Numbered from the stretch's first letter, positions 1-8,474 are shown. The stretch is 64,000 nucleotides of DNA from an uncultured Rivularia sp. (GCA_963665115.1 OY762007.1:3648001-3712000), one strand, 5' to 3'. Made by a program: numbers and translations. The notes: generated from the letters alone by a model not told the origin.

Positions 1-477
1 GAATACAAAACAGGTTATAGCGTCGCCGATTATGCGCCGGAATTTCCAGAAGATATCGCACAAGGTACTACGGGATTAGTTTGCATCGATAATTTTAGTC
101 AACAATTGCGCGAAACTGGCTATTTACACAATCATATTCGGATGTGGATTGCAGCTTACATAGTGCATTGGCGCAGAATTCGCTGGCAAGCTGGAGCAAA
201 ATGGTTTTTAGAGCATTTATTAGACGGAGATCCAGCTTCTAATAATATGTCATGGCAATGGGTAGCGAGTACCTTTAGCCATAAACCTTATTTCTTCAAT
301 CGTGAGAATTTAGAACGTTATACCGATGGAGTTTATTGTAAGCGATGTCCTTTATATGGGAATTGCGATTTTGAAGGAAGTTATGAAGAATTAGAAGAGA
401 AATTGTTTCCTAAAAAAGAGTTTAGTAATAAGCCTAATAGTCAGAGTTATCAGAAAGGGAAGAGGAAGAAAGGTTAA
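1..477 (+). CDS. Photolyase/cryptochrome FAD-binding-domain protein, 5'-truncated by the window edge
   Basis: Frame 1 is open from base 1 (EYKTGYS...TGLVCID...). Contains GYLHNHIRMW and LLDGDPASNNMSWQWVAS FAD-binding motifs and a C-terminal CxxC-x5-C cluster. Confidence 0.85.
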   Translation, partial: EYKTGYSVADYAPEFPEDIAQGTTGLVCIDNFSQQLRETGYLHNHIRMWIAAYIVHWRRIRWQAGAKWFLEHLLDGDPASNNMSWQWVASTFSHKPYFFNRENLERYTDGVYCKRCPLYGNCDFEGSYEELEEKLFPKKEFSNKPNSQSYQKGKRKKG

Positions 478-516
478 AGGTTAGAGGTCAAAAGTCAAAG
501 GTTAAATAATGTAAAA

Positions 517-718
517 TGTAGGTTGGGTTAGGCGCACGGATATATTCATTATTTACGACAGTTCAAGACGCGCCGTAACCCAACATTGCCTTATTGATGT
601 TTTAGAAAATTCTGCTTTTTAATAACAATATTTATCCACAAGCATGATGTTGAGTTACAACACGATTAATGTTATCGCTACAAATTAAATTTGGTTTTCG
701 TGCCTTACCCAACCTACA
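517..718. repeat. 202-bp REP-doublet (REPIN/MITE-like) element, copy 1
   Basis: Ends TGTAGGTTGGGTTA...TACCCAACCTACA, with two internal GTTGGGTTA/TAACCCAAC hairpins. Near-identical copy at 1221-1422. Confidence 0.85.
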
Positions 719-954
719 GACTTAACTAGCCATCATAATCGCCTCGGAATCAATTCCAAGGCTAATAGCTCAAGTCTACTTAAGTAGACTGAAAGTCCTA
801 CTCAGTCGTATGAAAGGATGTAGGCTGTTAGTTAAAGGTGAAAGAATGTAGGTTGGCTTCACGGCGCACTAATATATTATTGTTTAACAAATAATTAATA
901 TTGCAACCTAACCTAACATTTCATTATGGGTATTTTATATAATTCTACATTTGA

Positions 955-1008
955 ACAACAGTATGTATCTGCTTCAATGGAAATTGGAGGTTTGTTAATG
1001 AAGCTTAA
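955..1008 (+). pseudogene. Short 3' remnant of a DUF6888-like gene
   Basis: Reads ...FNGNWRFVNEA*, overlapping the start of the DUF6887-like ORF as in recalled DUF6888-DUF6887 pairs. An upstream in-frame stop is present and there is no start codon. Confidence 0.4.
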
Positions 1009-1192
1009 TTTTAAAACGATGACAATGGGAGAGCTAAAAAAATATGTTCTAGAGAATCGAAATGATAAAGCAGCATTTGAGGCATTAATGGAACGAATTG
1101 ATGCTCAACCTCAAGAGCAAGTTTATGGAGAGGTAAATCCCGAACAATTTTCTGAAATTCTAAAACAACATCGCCGCTTTCAGAAAGATTGA
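998..1192 (+). CDS. DUF6887-like small protein (64 aa)
   Basis: MKLNFKTMTMGELKKYVLENRNDKAAF pattern. GGAGG RBS at 986-990 supports a start at 998 rather than 926. Confidence 0.65.
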   Translation: MKLNFKTMTMGELKKYVLENRNDKAAFEALMERIDAQPQEQVYGEVNPEQFSEILKQHRRFQKD

Positions 1193-1220
1193 GATTGTGA
1201 GTTATTTTATGTAGATAAAA

Positions 1221-1422
1221 TGTAGGTTGGGTTAGGCGCACGAATATATTCATATTTTACGAAAAATAAAGACGCGCCGTAACCCAACATGGCGTTATTG
1301 ATGTTTTAGAAAATTCTGCTTTTTAATAACAATATTTATCCACAAGCGTGATGTTGGGTTACGACACGATTAATGTTATCGCTACAAATTAAATTTGGTT
1401 TCCGTGTCTAACCCAACCTACA
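1221..1422. repeat. 202-bp REP-doublet element, copy 2
   Basis: Direct repeat of 517-718 with scattered substitutions; TIR TGTAGGTTGGGTTAG / CTAACCCAACCTACA. Confidence 0.85.
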
Positions 1423-1425
1423 AAC

Positions 1426-1671
1426 TTAGAGTTTGCTGGTTTTGTTTTAGTCAATGGTAGATATCAACCAATTGAAACCAACGAACAAGGATGGATGTTT
1501 TCCGAACAAGTAGGTTTATTCTTAGGAATATATGAAGAGAAATTACGCTTTTTTGCTAGAGAAGGTGAATTAGTTCCCACACCAGAAGAAGTTGCACAAC
1601 AACAGAAGCAAAGAGCCGATATTTTAGCTGCGAAGTTGCGGGAATTAAATATTGATCCGGATTTGTTGTGA
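1426..1671 (+). pseudogene. C-terminal fragment of a Uma2-family endonuclease
   Basis: Translates LEFAGFVLVNGRYQPIETNEQGWMFSEQVGLFLGI...ELVPTPEE...LAAKLRELNIDPDLL*, a typical Uma2 tail. The 5' part is missing and the fragment starts right at the repeat end. Confidence 0.75.
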
Positions 1672-1771
1672 GTTAGATTTATATCCATAAAAAATGGATA
1701 ATTTTTCAAGATTTATCTTGTGTCATCATGTAGATAATCATTAAACCTATGCGAAACCTGACAAAGCGACA

Positions 1772-1897
1772 ATGACCCTCACAGCCCCAATACAAATACG
1801 ACGTTTTCCTTTGTCACAATAGCAAAGACAAGCCAGAAGTAAAACAAATAGGGCAACAATTAAAACAGCAAGGACTCGAACCTTGGTTAGATGAAAA
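1772..1897 (+). pseudogene. N-terminal fragment of a TIR domain
   Basis: QYKYDVFLCHNSKDKPEVKQIGQQLKQQGLEPWLDE matches the TIR_2 N-terminal motif. ATG at 1772 is out of frame by one extra C. Confidence 0.75.
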
Positions 1898-2041
1898 TGT
1901 CCTCTCGATATCAGTCCTTTTGAACATGAAAAAAGCTGGGAATACCAAACGAAATTAAGAAGCGAATTGGAAATACTCAGGCGCGATTTAGAAGAATATG
2001 CTATAGCTTTAGCAGTAATTGCGGGTGTAGATTATACATGA
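1895..2041 (+). pseudogene. C-terminal fragment of a conserved hypothetical protein
   Basis: CPLDISPFEHEKSWEYQTKLRSELEILRRDLEEYAIALAVIAGVDYT*; its stop overlaps the next ATG (ATGA, 2038-2041). Confidence 0.55.
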
Positions 2042-2520
2042 CCGAAATGAGTAGATACATTGAAGCTTTAGAAGAGTTTGATGGACAAGGTAATGCGATA
2101 TTTTGCGCTGGTGGAATTTCTAATTGTCCAGATTGGCAATCGCAAATGGTGGAATTATTGAAACCTTCACCTTTGATTATTTTAAATCCCCGTCGTGCTA
2201 ATTTTCCGATTGATAACCCCGACGCTTCCAAACAACAAATTGCATGGGAACACAGACATTTGCGACTCGCTTCATCGATTCTGTTTTGGTTTCCTCAAGA
2301 AACAATTTGTCCGATAACCCTTTACGAACTCGGTGCTTTCTCAATGACAGATAAACCTTTATTTGTAGGTGTTCATCCTAATTATCCGAGAAGACAAGAC
2401 GTAGAAATCCAAACTAATTTAGCACGTCCCGATATTAATATAGTTTATTGCTTAGAAGATTTAGCAGAACAAATTTTAAAATCAGGTTGTAAAAATATTA
2501 AAAAAATAAAACACTCTTAA
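2038..2520 (+). CDS. Nucleoside 2-deoxyribosyltransferase-like domain protein (Nuc_deoxyri_tr2 type)
   Basis: IFCAGGISNCPDWQ, LNPRR, QQIAWEH and FWFPQETICPITLYELGA motifs. Confidence 0.8.
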   Translation: MTEMSRYIEALEEFDGQGNAIFCAGGISNCPDWQSQMVELLKPSPLIILNPRRANFPIDNPDASKQQIAWEHRHLRLASSILFWFPQETICPITLYELGAFSMTDKPLFVGVHPNYPRRQDVEIQTNLARPDINIVYCLEDLAEQILKSGCKNIKKIKHS

Positions 2521-2573
2521 GATAGATTTTATATTTATGTGAATCGGTTGTATTATAACCAAAGTAAAAAAAA

Positions 2574-2725
2574 ATCAGCCTAATCCAGCTTATTTTATTC
2601 AAGTTGGAGCGGAGGAACCACTATTACGGGGGCGTATTTTACTTAGAAGTCTTAATATCTTCTTGGTAAGAAGGATACCTCTCAATCCTAGCCCGTCAGC
2701 TAACTTCGCAGGCATTGAGGGGAAT
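2574..2725 (+). ncRNA. Cyclic di-AMP (ydaO/yuaA) riboswitch
   Basis: Conserved blocks in order: GCCTAATCC, GGAGCGGAGGAACC, GGGGCGTAT, CCTCTCAATCC, AGCCCGTCAGCTAACTTCGCAGGC, TTGAGGGG. Lies upstream of an ion transporter. Confidence 0.85.
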
Positions 2726-3104
2726 TGATGATGAACAACATTTTTATTGTATTTATCGTCTCTATCCCAGGCTAATATCACTCGCGTCAGTTGTGTACTT
2801 AATTATTACCTGGTGAATTATCATGCATGATTTTTTTCGATTGAATAAAATAAAAAATTTCAGGTTGTAAGCATTTGAAATTGTATAAATGCTAATTTTT
2901 TCCTGCTTCAAAATTAACTATCTCTCTTTACTTCTTACCTCTGTTTCCTCAGCGTCTCTGCGGTTTTTTATTATCAATACTCTAATAATAAACAAGTCAT
3001 TTCCGTAATGGCAGCATCTTGCTCCCTAACAAAAACCTGAGACATTTCAAAAACTAAGAAATTCAAAATACCACTACATACTATTAAATTTAAAGGAGCT
3101 TGTT

Positions 3105-4442
3105 ATGGGGAATTGGCAAGCAATGTTAAGCGGTGCCATATTTATCACTGTCATTGGTTTAATTATGACAGAATGGATAAATTTGACGGTAGCAGCTTTA
3201 CTCGGAGCATTACTATTAGTTTTTACTAATATAATGACTTTAGAAGAAGCAGTCGGATACATCGCTAAAAGTCACGGAACAATATCGTTATTTTTCGGGG
3301 TAATGATATTGGTTAGAGCGTTTCAACCAACAAAAGTCTTTGATTATTTAGCTGCACGCATATTATTACTGGTAAAAGGAGAAGGTAAGCGTTTACTACT
3401 AGGAATTATTGCGATAACTGTTCCAGTTTGTGCGTTTTTACCCAATGCTACAACTGTAATGCTATTAGCACCTTTAATTCCTCCAATAGCTAAAGAATTA
3501 AGCGTTAATTTTGTGCCGCTATTGATTTTAATGGTATTCGTTGCGAATGCTTCGGGATTATTAACTATAGTCGGCGATCCAGTTACATTTTTAGTTAGCG
3601 ATGCAATTAATTTAAGTTTTGCAGATTATTTATTACGTTTAAGTTTGGGGGGAGTAATTGCGATCGCAGTTGTTGCTCTGACATTACCCATACTTTTCCG
3701 CAAAATTTGGCGAACAAAGTTAGATGATTTAGAACACATACCGCATCCTCAAATTAAGCACCTAGAAGCTTTAGTAATGGGTGGGTTAATATTTGCTTTT
3801 GTAATCCTCTTTTTTGTGATTGGAGATACTTTACCAGTCAAAATTTCACCTGCTGCGGTTGCTTTATTGGGTGCTGCTTTGTCAATGCTTGTATCTCATC
3901 AAAGTAAAGTTGATACCGTGGACAATATTTTGCGCGATGTTGATTGGAGTACTTTAATATTTTTTATGAGTACTTTTGTGTTAATCGGAGGATTACAAAA
4001 AACAGGGGTAATTCAAAGTTTCGCAGGTATATTAGCAACATCTATCGGGACTAATATGATTTTTGGTTCGATAGTATTAGTTTTTGTCACCGGAATCCTA
4101 TCAAGTATAGTTCCTAATATTCCTTTAGTGGTAGCAATGATACCTCTGTTAAAACAGTATTTAATTAATGTTGGTTTAGTGGGAGCAGAAGTATTAACAC
4201 CAGATTTTCAAGGACAATTACCACCATCTGTATTACCTTTATTTTATGCGATGTTATTCGGTGCAAGTTTAGGAGGAAACGGTACTTTAGTAGGAGCATC
4301 TTCTAATATTGTCGCTGCTGGAATTGCTCAACAATACGGAAGACGTATTTCGTTTAAAGGATTTCTCAAATACAGTATTCCGATAACAGTATTACAGTTA
4401 GTCGCAGCCACAATTTATTTATTAATTCGATTTTTTGGCTGA
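3105..4442 (+). CDS. ArsB/NhaD (SLC13-like) ion transporter
   Basis: Multi-TM protein with AFLPNATTV, GLLTIVGDP, DVDWSTLIFF, SSIVPNIP and GGNGTLVGASSN motifs; AAGGAG RBS. Confidence 0.85.
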   Translation: MGNWQAMLSGAIFITVIGLIMTEWINLTVAALLGALLLVFTNIMTLEEAVGYIAKSHGTISLFFGVMILVRAFQPTKVFDYLAARILLLVKGEGKRLLLGIIAITVPVCAFLPNATTVMLLAPLIPPIAKELSVNFVPLLILMVFVANASGLLTIVGDPVTFLVSDAINLSFADYLLRLSLGGVIAIAVVALTLPILFRKIWRTKLDDLEHIPHPQIKHLEALVMGGLIFAFVILFFVIGDTLPVKISPAAVALLGAALSMLVSHQSKVDTVDNILRDVDWSTLIFFMSTFVLIGGLQKTGVIQSFAGILATSIGTNMIFGSIVLVFVTGILSSIVPNIPLVVAMIPLLKQYLINVGLVGAEVLTPDFQGQLPPSVLPLFYAMLFGASLGGNGTLVGASSNIVAAGIAQQYGRRISFKGFLKYSIPITVLQLVAATIYLLIRFFG

Positions 4443-4793
4443 TCCTAATTTTTGTTTAATTACTTCTTCCTTCTCCCGAAACCCCACCAAAACAGCATTA
4501 CCATCTTTGACAAACAAAGGGCGTTTGAGCAACATAGCATCTTGAGAAAAAGCTTCTATCCATTGCTCATCGCTCCAAGTTTTCTTTTCTTCACCTAAAG
4601 CTCGATAAGATTGTCCTGAAGTATTTCGCATCGGTTTAGAAGTTAAACTTTTTACCCAGTTTTCAACCATTTCTTTACTGGGTGGGTTTTCTTTAGTATT
4701 AACAAACTCGTATTCAATATTGTTATTTTGCAGCCAAGCGAAAGCTTTTTTGCAAGTACCGCAGTTGGGAATACCGTAAACTTGGATTGACAT
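4422..4793 (-). CDS. ArsC/Spx/MgsR-family thioredoxin-fold protein
   Basis: YGIPNCGTCKKA and LLKRP motifs. Confidence 0.85.
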   Translation of the reverse strand: MSIQVYGIPNCGTCKKAFAWLQNNNIEYEFVNTKENPPSKEMVENWVKSLTSKPMRNTSGQSYRALGEEKKTWSDEQWIEAFSQDAMLLKRPLFVKDGNAVLVGFREKEEVIKQKLGSAKKSN

Positions 4794-4875
4794 TACTACC
4801 TGTAGGGGGATTGAGAAATAAACAGCTATAAAGGTAAGCTGAATTTATAAAACTTATTTTCTCCCAATTTGTGAC

Positions 4876-4986
4876 ATGAGCCAAGAAGATAAAAATATTA
4901 TCAAAATCGATCCCGGCACCGTGGTATTTATTATATTTGTCTTGTTGATACTTCCGTTACTGCTTACAGGTTTCCTTTCTCAATAA
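4876..4986 (+). CDS. Small single-TM protein (36 aa), below the ORF-track cutoff
   Basis: MSQEDKNIIKIDPGTVVFIIFVLLILPLLLTGFLSQ*: charged N-terminus followed by a clean hydrophobic helix. Confidence 0.6.
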   Translation: MSQEDKNIIKIDPGTVVFIIFVLLILPLLLTGFLSQ

Positions 4987-5031
4987 AAATTCTCTAAACT
5001 CGTAAAAAACATACTACATATCTCTGAAAAA

Positions 5032-5144
5032 GGCGTTGCTGAATCCGGGTATGGATTTAAATGTAGAGATGTGCATAGTATCACGTCTCTACAATCGTTT
5101 CGGTTTTCCAATCAACCCGTTTCATACATCAAATCAGCAACGCC
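5032..5144. mobile_element. MITE-like element carrying a GTAGAGA...TCTCTAC hairpin
   Basis: TIR GGCGTTGCTGA...GTATG / CATAC...TCAGCAACGCC; internal palindrome at 5062-5092. Confidence 0.7.
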
Positions 5145-5441
5145 CTGAAAATAATCTAGAGTGATATATAGCGTGTCTACTTTTTTTCTAGTTCTAATGG
5201 CATTAATTAATCTCCTGATTTTTTTAGCCAATAAGCCAGCAAAATGCCTTCTATTAACCATCAATTAAGCAATAGTCCTATTTTTATATTGAGATAGCAT
5301 CAAAAGCAATGTAATATTAAAATGATTCGATGGTTATAAATTTTACTATTATTATTGGTTAGATGTTGTTAAGTTAGGACTAGCATTCCTAAACACGTAT
5401 AAATCAAGTCAAAGTATGTAATATTGATACCATTATCTTTT

Positions 5442-6125
5442 TTACTGCAATCTCTCAACAAACTTTTGATGTTCATTTGTCTGCAATCCTTGCTGTAGAG
5501 TAGTTAAAACAGAAGCTAAATTACCTTCTCGTAAAGCATCAACAGCTAACCATAAACCTGGAAAAACTTCGCTACGAATAATACCCGTTTCGTCGGCTTC
5601 TAAGAAAATATAACGACCTTCTTTTAAAATAAACCAGTCCAAACGGTTTTCATACATTTGCCAAACAATATATTCCTTAACACCGTTGCGACGGTAAGCA
5701 TTAAGTTTGTCATTGAGGTCATAAGAAGCACTGCTAGCTGCAATTTCTACAATCAATTCTGGCGAACCTTCGATATAATCATCTTCACTAATACGAGAAT
5801 TACCACCTACTTCCGGTTCTATTCTTAATAAAGCATCTGGTTGCGGTTCGTTATCGGCATCTAAACGTACAGTGGCATTATCTAGTAAATCTACTCCTGG
5901 ACTCGCTGCACTATATGTTCCCAACCAACCAATAATTTTAGCATGAGGTCTACCATGTTTTGTCGCACGTACAGGTGAAGCCACGTAAACAACTCCTTCG
6001 ATTAATTCTGCCTTCTTAATCTGGATCGTGTCTTGGTAGCGACGTTCAAACTCATATCGTGTCAGGCGATCGCCATTTTCAAGAGGTGGTACGTTAACAA
6101 TAGTGGATGTAGTTGTCATAATCAA
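5442..6125 (-). CDS. Uma2-family endonuclease
   Basis: PPLENGDRLTRYEF, ELIEG, EPQPDALL, PELIVEIAASS and GVKEYIVW motifs. Confidence 0.9.
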   Translation of the reverse strand: MIMTTTSTIVNVPPLENGDRLTRYEFERRYQDTIQIKKAELIEGVVYVASPVRATKHGRPHAKIIGWLGTYSAASPGVDLLDNATVRLDADNEPQPDALLRIEPEVGGNSRISEDDYIEGSPELIVEIAASSASYDLNDKLNAYRRNGVKEYIVWQMYENRLDWFILKEGRYIFLEADETGIIRSEVFPGLWLAVDALREGNLASVLTTLQQGLQTNEHQKFVERLQ

Positions 6126-6228
6126 TTACCAGTTATCAATTAACAATTATCAATATAATCAGGTGTGAATCATCTGCTTAATTTCTATCTTAATATTGAT
6201 TATTAGCTTACTTAAAATCTAAAATCCT

Positions 6229-6645
6229 ATGACTAACCAAATAATCTGGGTACACGGAGATTGTTTGAGTCCGAAAAACCCCGCACTTGATGAATATCCG
6301 AATACTCCCGCTATCTGGGTTTGGGATGATGCATTATTAGAAGAATGGCAAATCAGCCTCAAACGCATTGCTTTTATTTACGAATGCTTGCTAGAATTAC
6401 CCGTTGTAATTCGTCGTGGTGATGTTGCAAAGGAAGTTTTAGCTTTTGCAAAAGAACATGATACGAATAAAATTGTTACTACAGATAGTCCAAGTCCCCG
6501 TTTTAATAATATTTGCGACGAAATAGAAGGTTCAAAAGAATTAGAAATATTTGAAGTCGAACCATTTTTTGAATACGACGGTTTTATTGACCTCAAGCGC
6601 TTTTCTCGTTACTGGAAAGTCGCTCAAAAATACGTTTTTGAATAG
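6229..6645 (+). CDS. Stand-alone photolyase alpha/beta (antenna-like) domain protein
   Basis: IIWVHGDCL...KRIAFIYECLLEL...KRFSRYW resembles the photolyase N-terminal domain; no FAD domain. Confidence 0.7.
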   Translation: MTNQIIWVHGDCLSPKNPALDEYPNTPAIWVWDDALLEEWQISLKRIAFIYECLLELPVVIRRGDVAKEVLAFAKEHDTNKIVTTDSPSPRFNNICDEIEGSKELEIFEVEPFFEYDGFIDLKRFSRYWKVAQKYVFE

Positions 6646-6863
6646 TGAACAGTTACCATTTGCCAGTTACCAGAAACTTAGTTTTTAGCCCACGCAGGTG
6701 GGCTTTGCATTTGTAGCCCCAGACTTTTAGTCTGTGGGCGTTCTTTTCAATTAATCACAACTACCTAAAGTTAGAAGTATCAAGAGGATACATTAATTAA
6801 ATTACTTTGCTACTGTGAGTAGACAAAACATTTACGTTCAAATTGTCTGCTGAGGAATAAATA

Positions 6864-7889
6864 GTGATTCAATCTCTGCCAATTGGTATTACTTTATTTG
6901 CGATCGCCGCAATTGTAATTGGCTTGGTGGGTACCAAGATGTGTAAGGTTGCCGATCGATTAGCGGATGCTACTGGTTGGGGAGAAGCTGTAGTTGGTGC
7001 TGTTTTTTTGGGTGGTAGTACTTCTTTGGCGGGGATTGTCACTTCTGTGACTGCTGCTTATGGAGGCCACGCTGAATTAGCTGTTAGTAATGCTGTTGGA
7101 GGTATCGCCGCACAAACGGCAATGTTAGCTATTGCCGATATGTTTTACCGCAAAGCTAATTTGGAACACGCAGCAGCTTCGATTGCAAATTTGATACAGG
7201 GAACTTTGCTGATGTCTTTGTTAGCTATTCCCTTACTTGCTAGCTCTACTCCACAAGTTAGTTTTTGGGGCATTCATCCAGCAACCATTGCTATTATTGG
7301 GGCTTATTTATTTGGTCTGCGTTTGGTTTCGCAGGCTGAAGAACAACCGATGTGGAAACCACAATATACAGAAAAAACGATAAAAGATGAACCAACTGAA
7401 ATAACAGATATTAATGTCAATTTAACCAGACTTTGGTTGGAGTTTGTTTTATATGCGGTAATTTTAAGTTTAGCTGGTTATTTAATTGCTCAAGCAGGTG
7501 TATTTATAGCAATTGAAACTGGATTATCAGAATCCTTAGTTGGTGGTTTATTCACTGCGATATCAACATCTTTACCCGAACTTGTAGTTACTATAGCAGC
7601 GGTAAGACAAGGAGCATTGACTTTAGCTGTAGGCGGTATTATTGGCGGCAATTGTTTTGATTTATTGTTATTAGCTTTTTCTGATATTGCTTTTCGTAGC
7701 GGTTCTATTTATGCCGTTATTTCTGACAATCAGGTTTTCGTTATTTCCTTAACAATTTTGATGACAGGAATATTATTATTAGGACTTCTCCAACGCGAAA
7801 AATACGGTTTTGCAAATATTGGTTTTGAAAGTGTTTTAATTCTAATTCTTTATATAGGTGGAATTGGGTTGCTGATTTCACCTTTTTAG
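6864..7889 (+). CDS. Sodium:calcium antiporter (CaCA family)
   Basis: Two alpha-repeats: GSTSLAG...SNAVG and ISTSLPEL...GGIIGGN. Confidence 0.88.
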   Translation: MIQSLPIGITLFAIAAIVIGLVGTKMCKVADRLADATGWGEAVVGAVFLGGSTSLAGIVTSVTAAYGGHAELAVSNAVGGIAAQTAMLAIADMFYRKANLEHAAASIANLIQGTLLMSLLAIPLLASSTPQVSFWGIHPATIAIIGAYLFGLRLVSQAEEQPMWKPQYTEKTIKDEPTEITDINVNLTRLWLEFVLYAVILSLAGYLIAQAGVFIAIETGLSESLVGGLFTAISTSLPELVVTIAAVRQGALTLAVGGIIGGNCFDLLLLAFSDIAFRSGSIYAVISDNQVFVISLTILMTGILLLGLLQREKYGFANIGFESVLILILYIGGIGLLISPF

Positions 7890-7920
7890 AAATATGGGGA
7901 GATGGGGAGACATTATTTGA

Positions 7921-8035
7921 GTAGTGAGTAGTGAGTAACAAGTAGCGAGTAAAAATAGACGGGCAGAAGTACCGACATTTATGAAAATAATAAAAAAGTG
8001 ATTTACTTGCTACTCTCTACTCCCTACTCCTAACT
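7921..8035. repeat. Dispersed element with STRR-like arms, copy 1
   Basis: Core GTAAAAATAGACG...CGACATTTAT...AAAAAGTGATTTACTTGCTACTC is shared with 28941-29050. Confidence 0.7.
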
Positions 8036-8078
8036 ATTCCCAATGCCCAATGCCCCATGCCCTATTCCCTATTTAAAA

Positions 8079-8474
8079 CTAACTTAAATCGTCAATTAAC
8101 TTAATTACTCTTTCTTTGACTTCTTCGCGAATGCGGCGATATGTGTCTATCTCTCCACCTTCTGGATCTTCTAATTGCCAATCTTCAAATACTTCTCTTG
8201 TTAACCATTCGCTCGGTAGATTTACACCACAACCGCACAAGGAAATCACTGCATTATAATCTTCAGGATTAAATTCGCTCAAAGCCTTCGATTGTTGATT
8301 GCTGATATCCATACCAATCTCTGACATGATTTCTACAGTTTTGGGATCTACGAAACTCGCTTCTAAACCCGAACTAGTAACGCCTATTTTATCTTCTCCT
8401 AATTTACGAGCAAATGCTTCTGCCATCTGAGAACGGCGAGAATTTTTTTTACAAACAAACATGACTTTTTTCAT
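8079..8474 (-). CDS. arsC: Arsenate reductase, LMW-PTP fold, glutaredoxin/glutathione type
   Basis: VMFVCKKNSRRSQMAE, SLCGCG and DWQLEDP motifs; ars operon context. Confidence 0.9.
   Translation of the reverse strand: MKKVMFVCKKNSRRSQMAEAFARKLGEDKIGVTSSGLEASFVDPKTVEIMSEIGMDISNQQSKALSEFNPEDYNAVISLCGCGVNLPSEWLTREVFEDWQLEDPEGGEIDTYRRIREEVKERVIKLIDDLS

Noticed and set aside
2599..2781. 60-aa minus-strand ORF
   Set aside because: It is antisense to the riboswitch and has no protein-like features.
3105..4793. Second ars module (ArsB + ArsC)
   Set aside because: The genes are convergent, the ArsC-like protein is the Spx/MgsR CxxC type, and the transporter is preceded by a c-di-AMP riboswitch.
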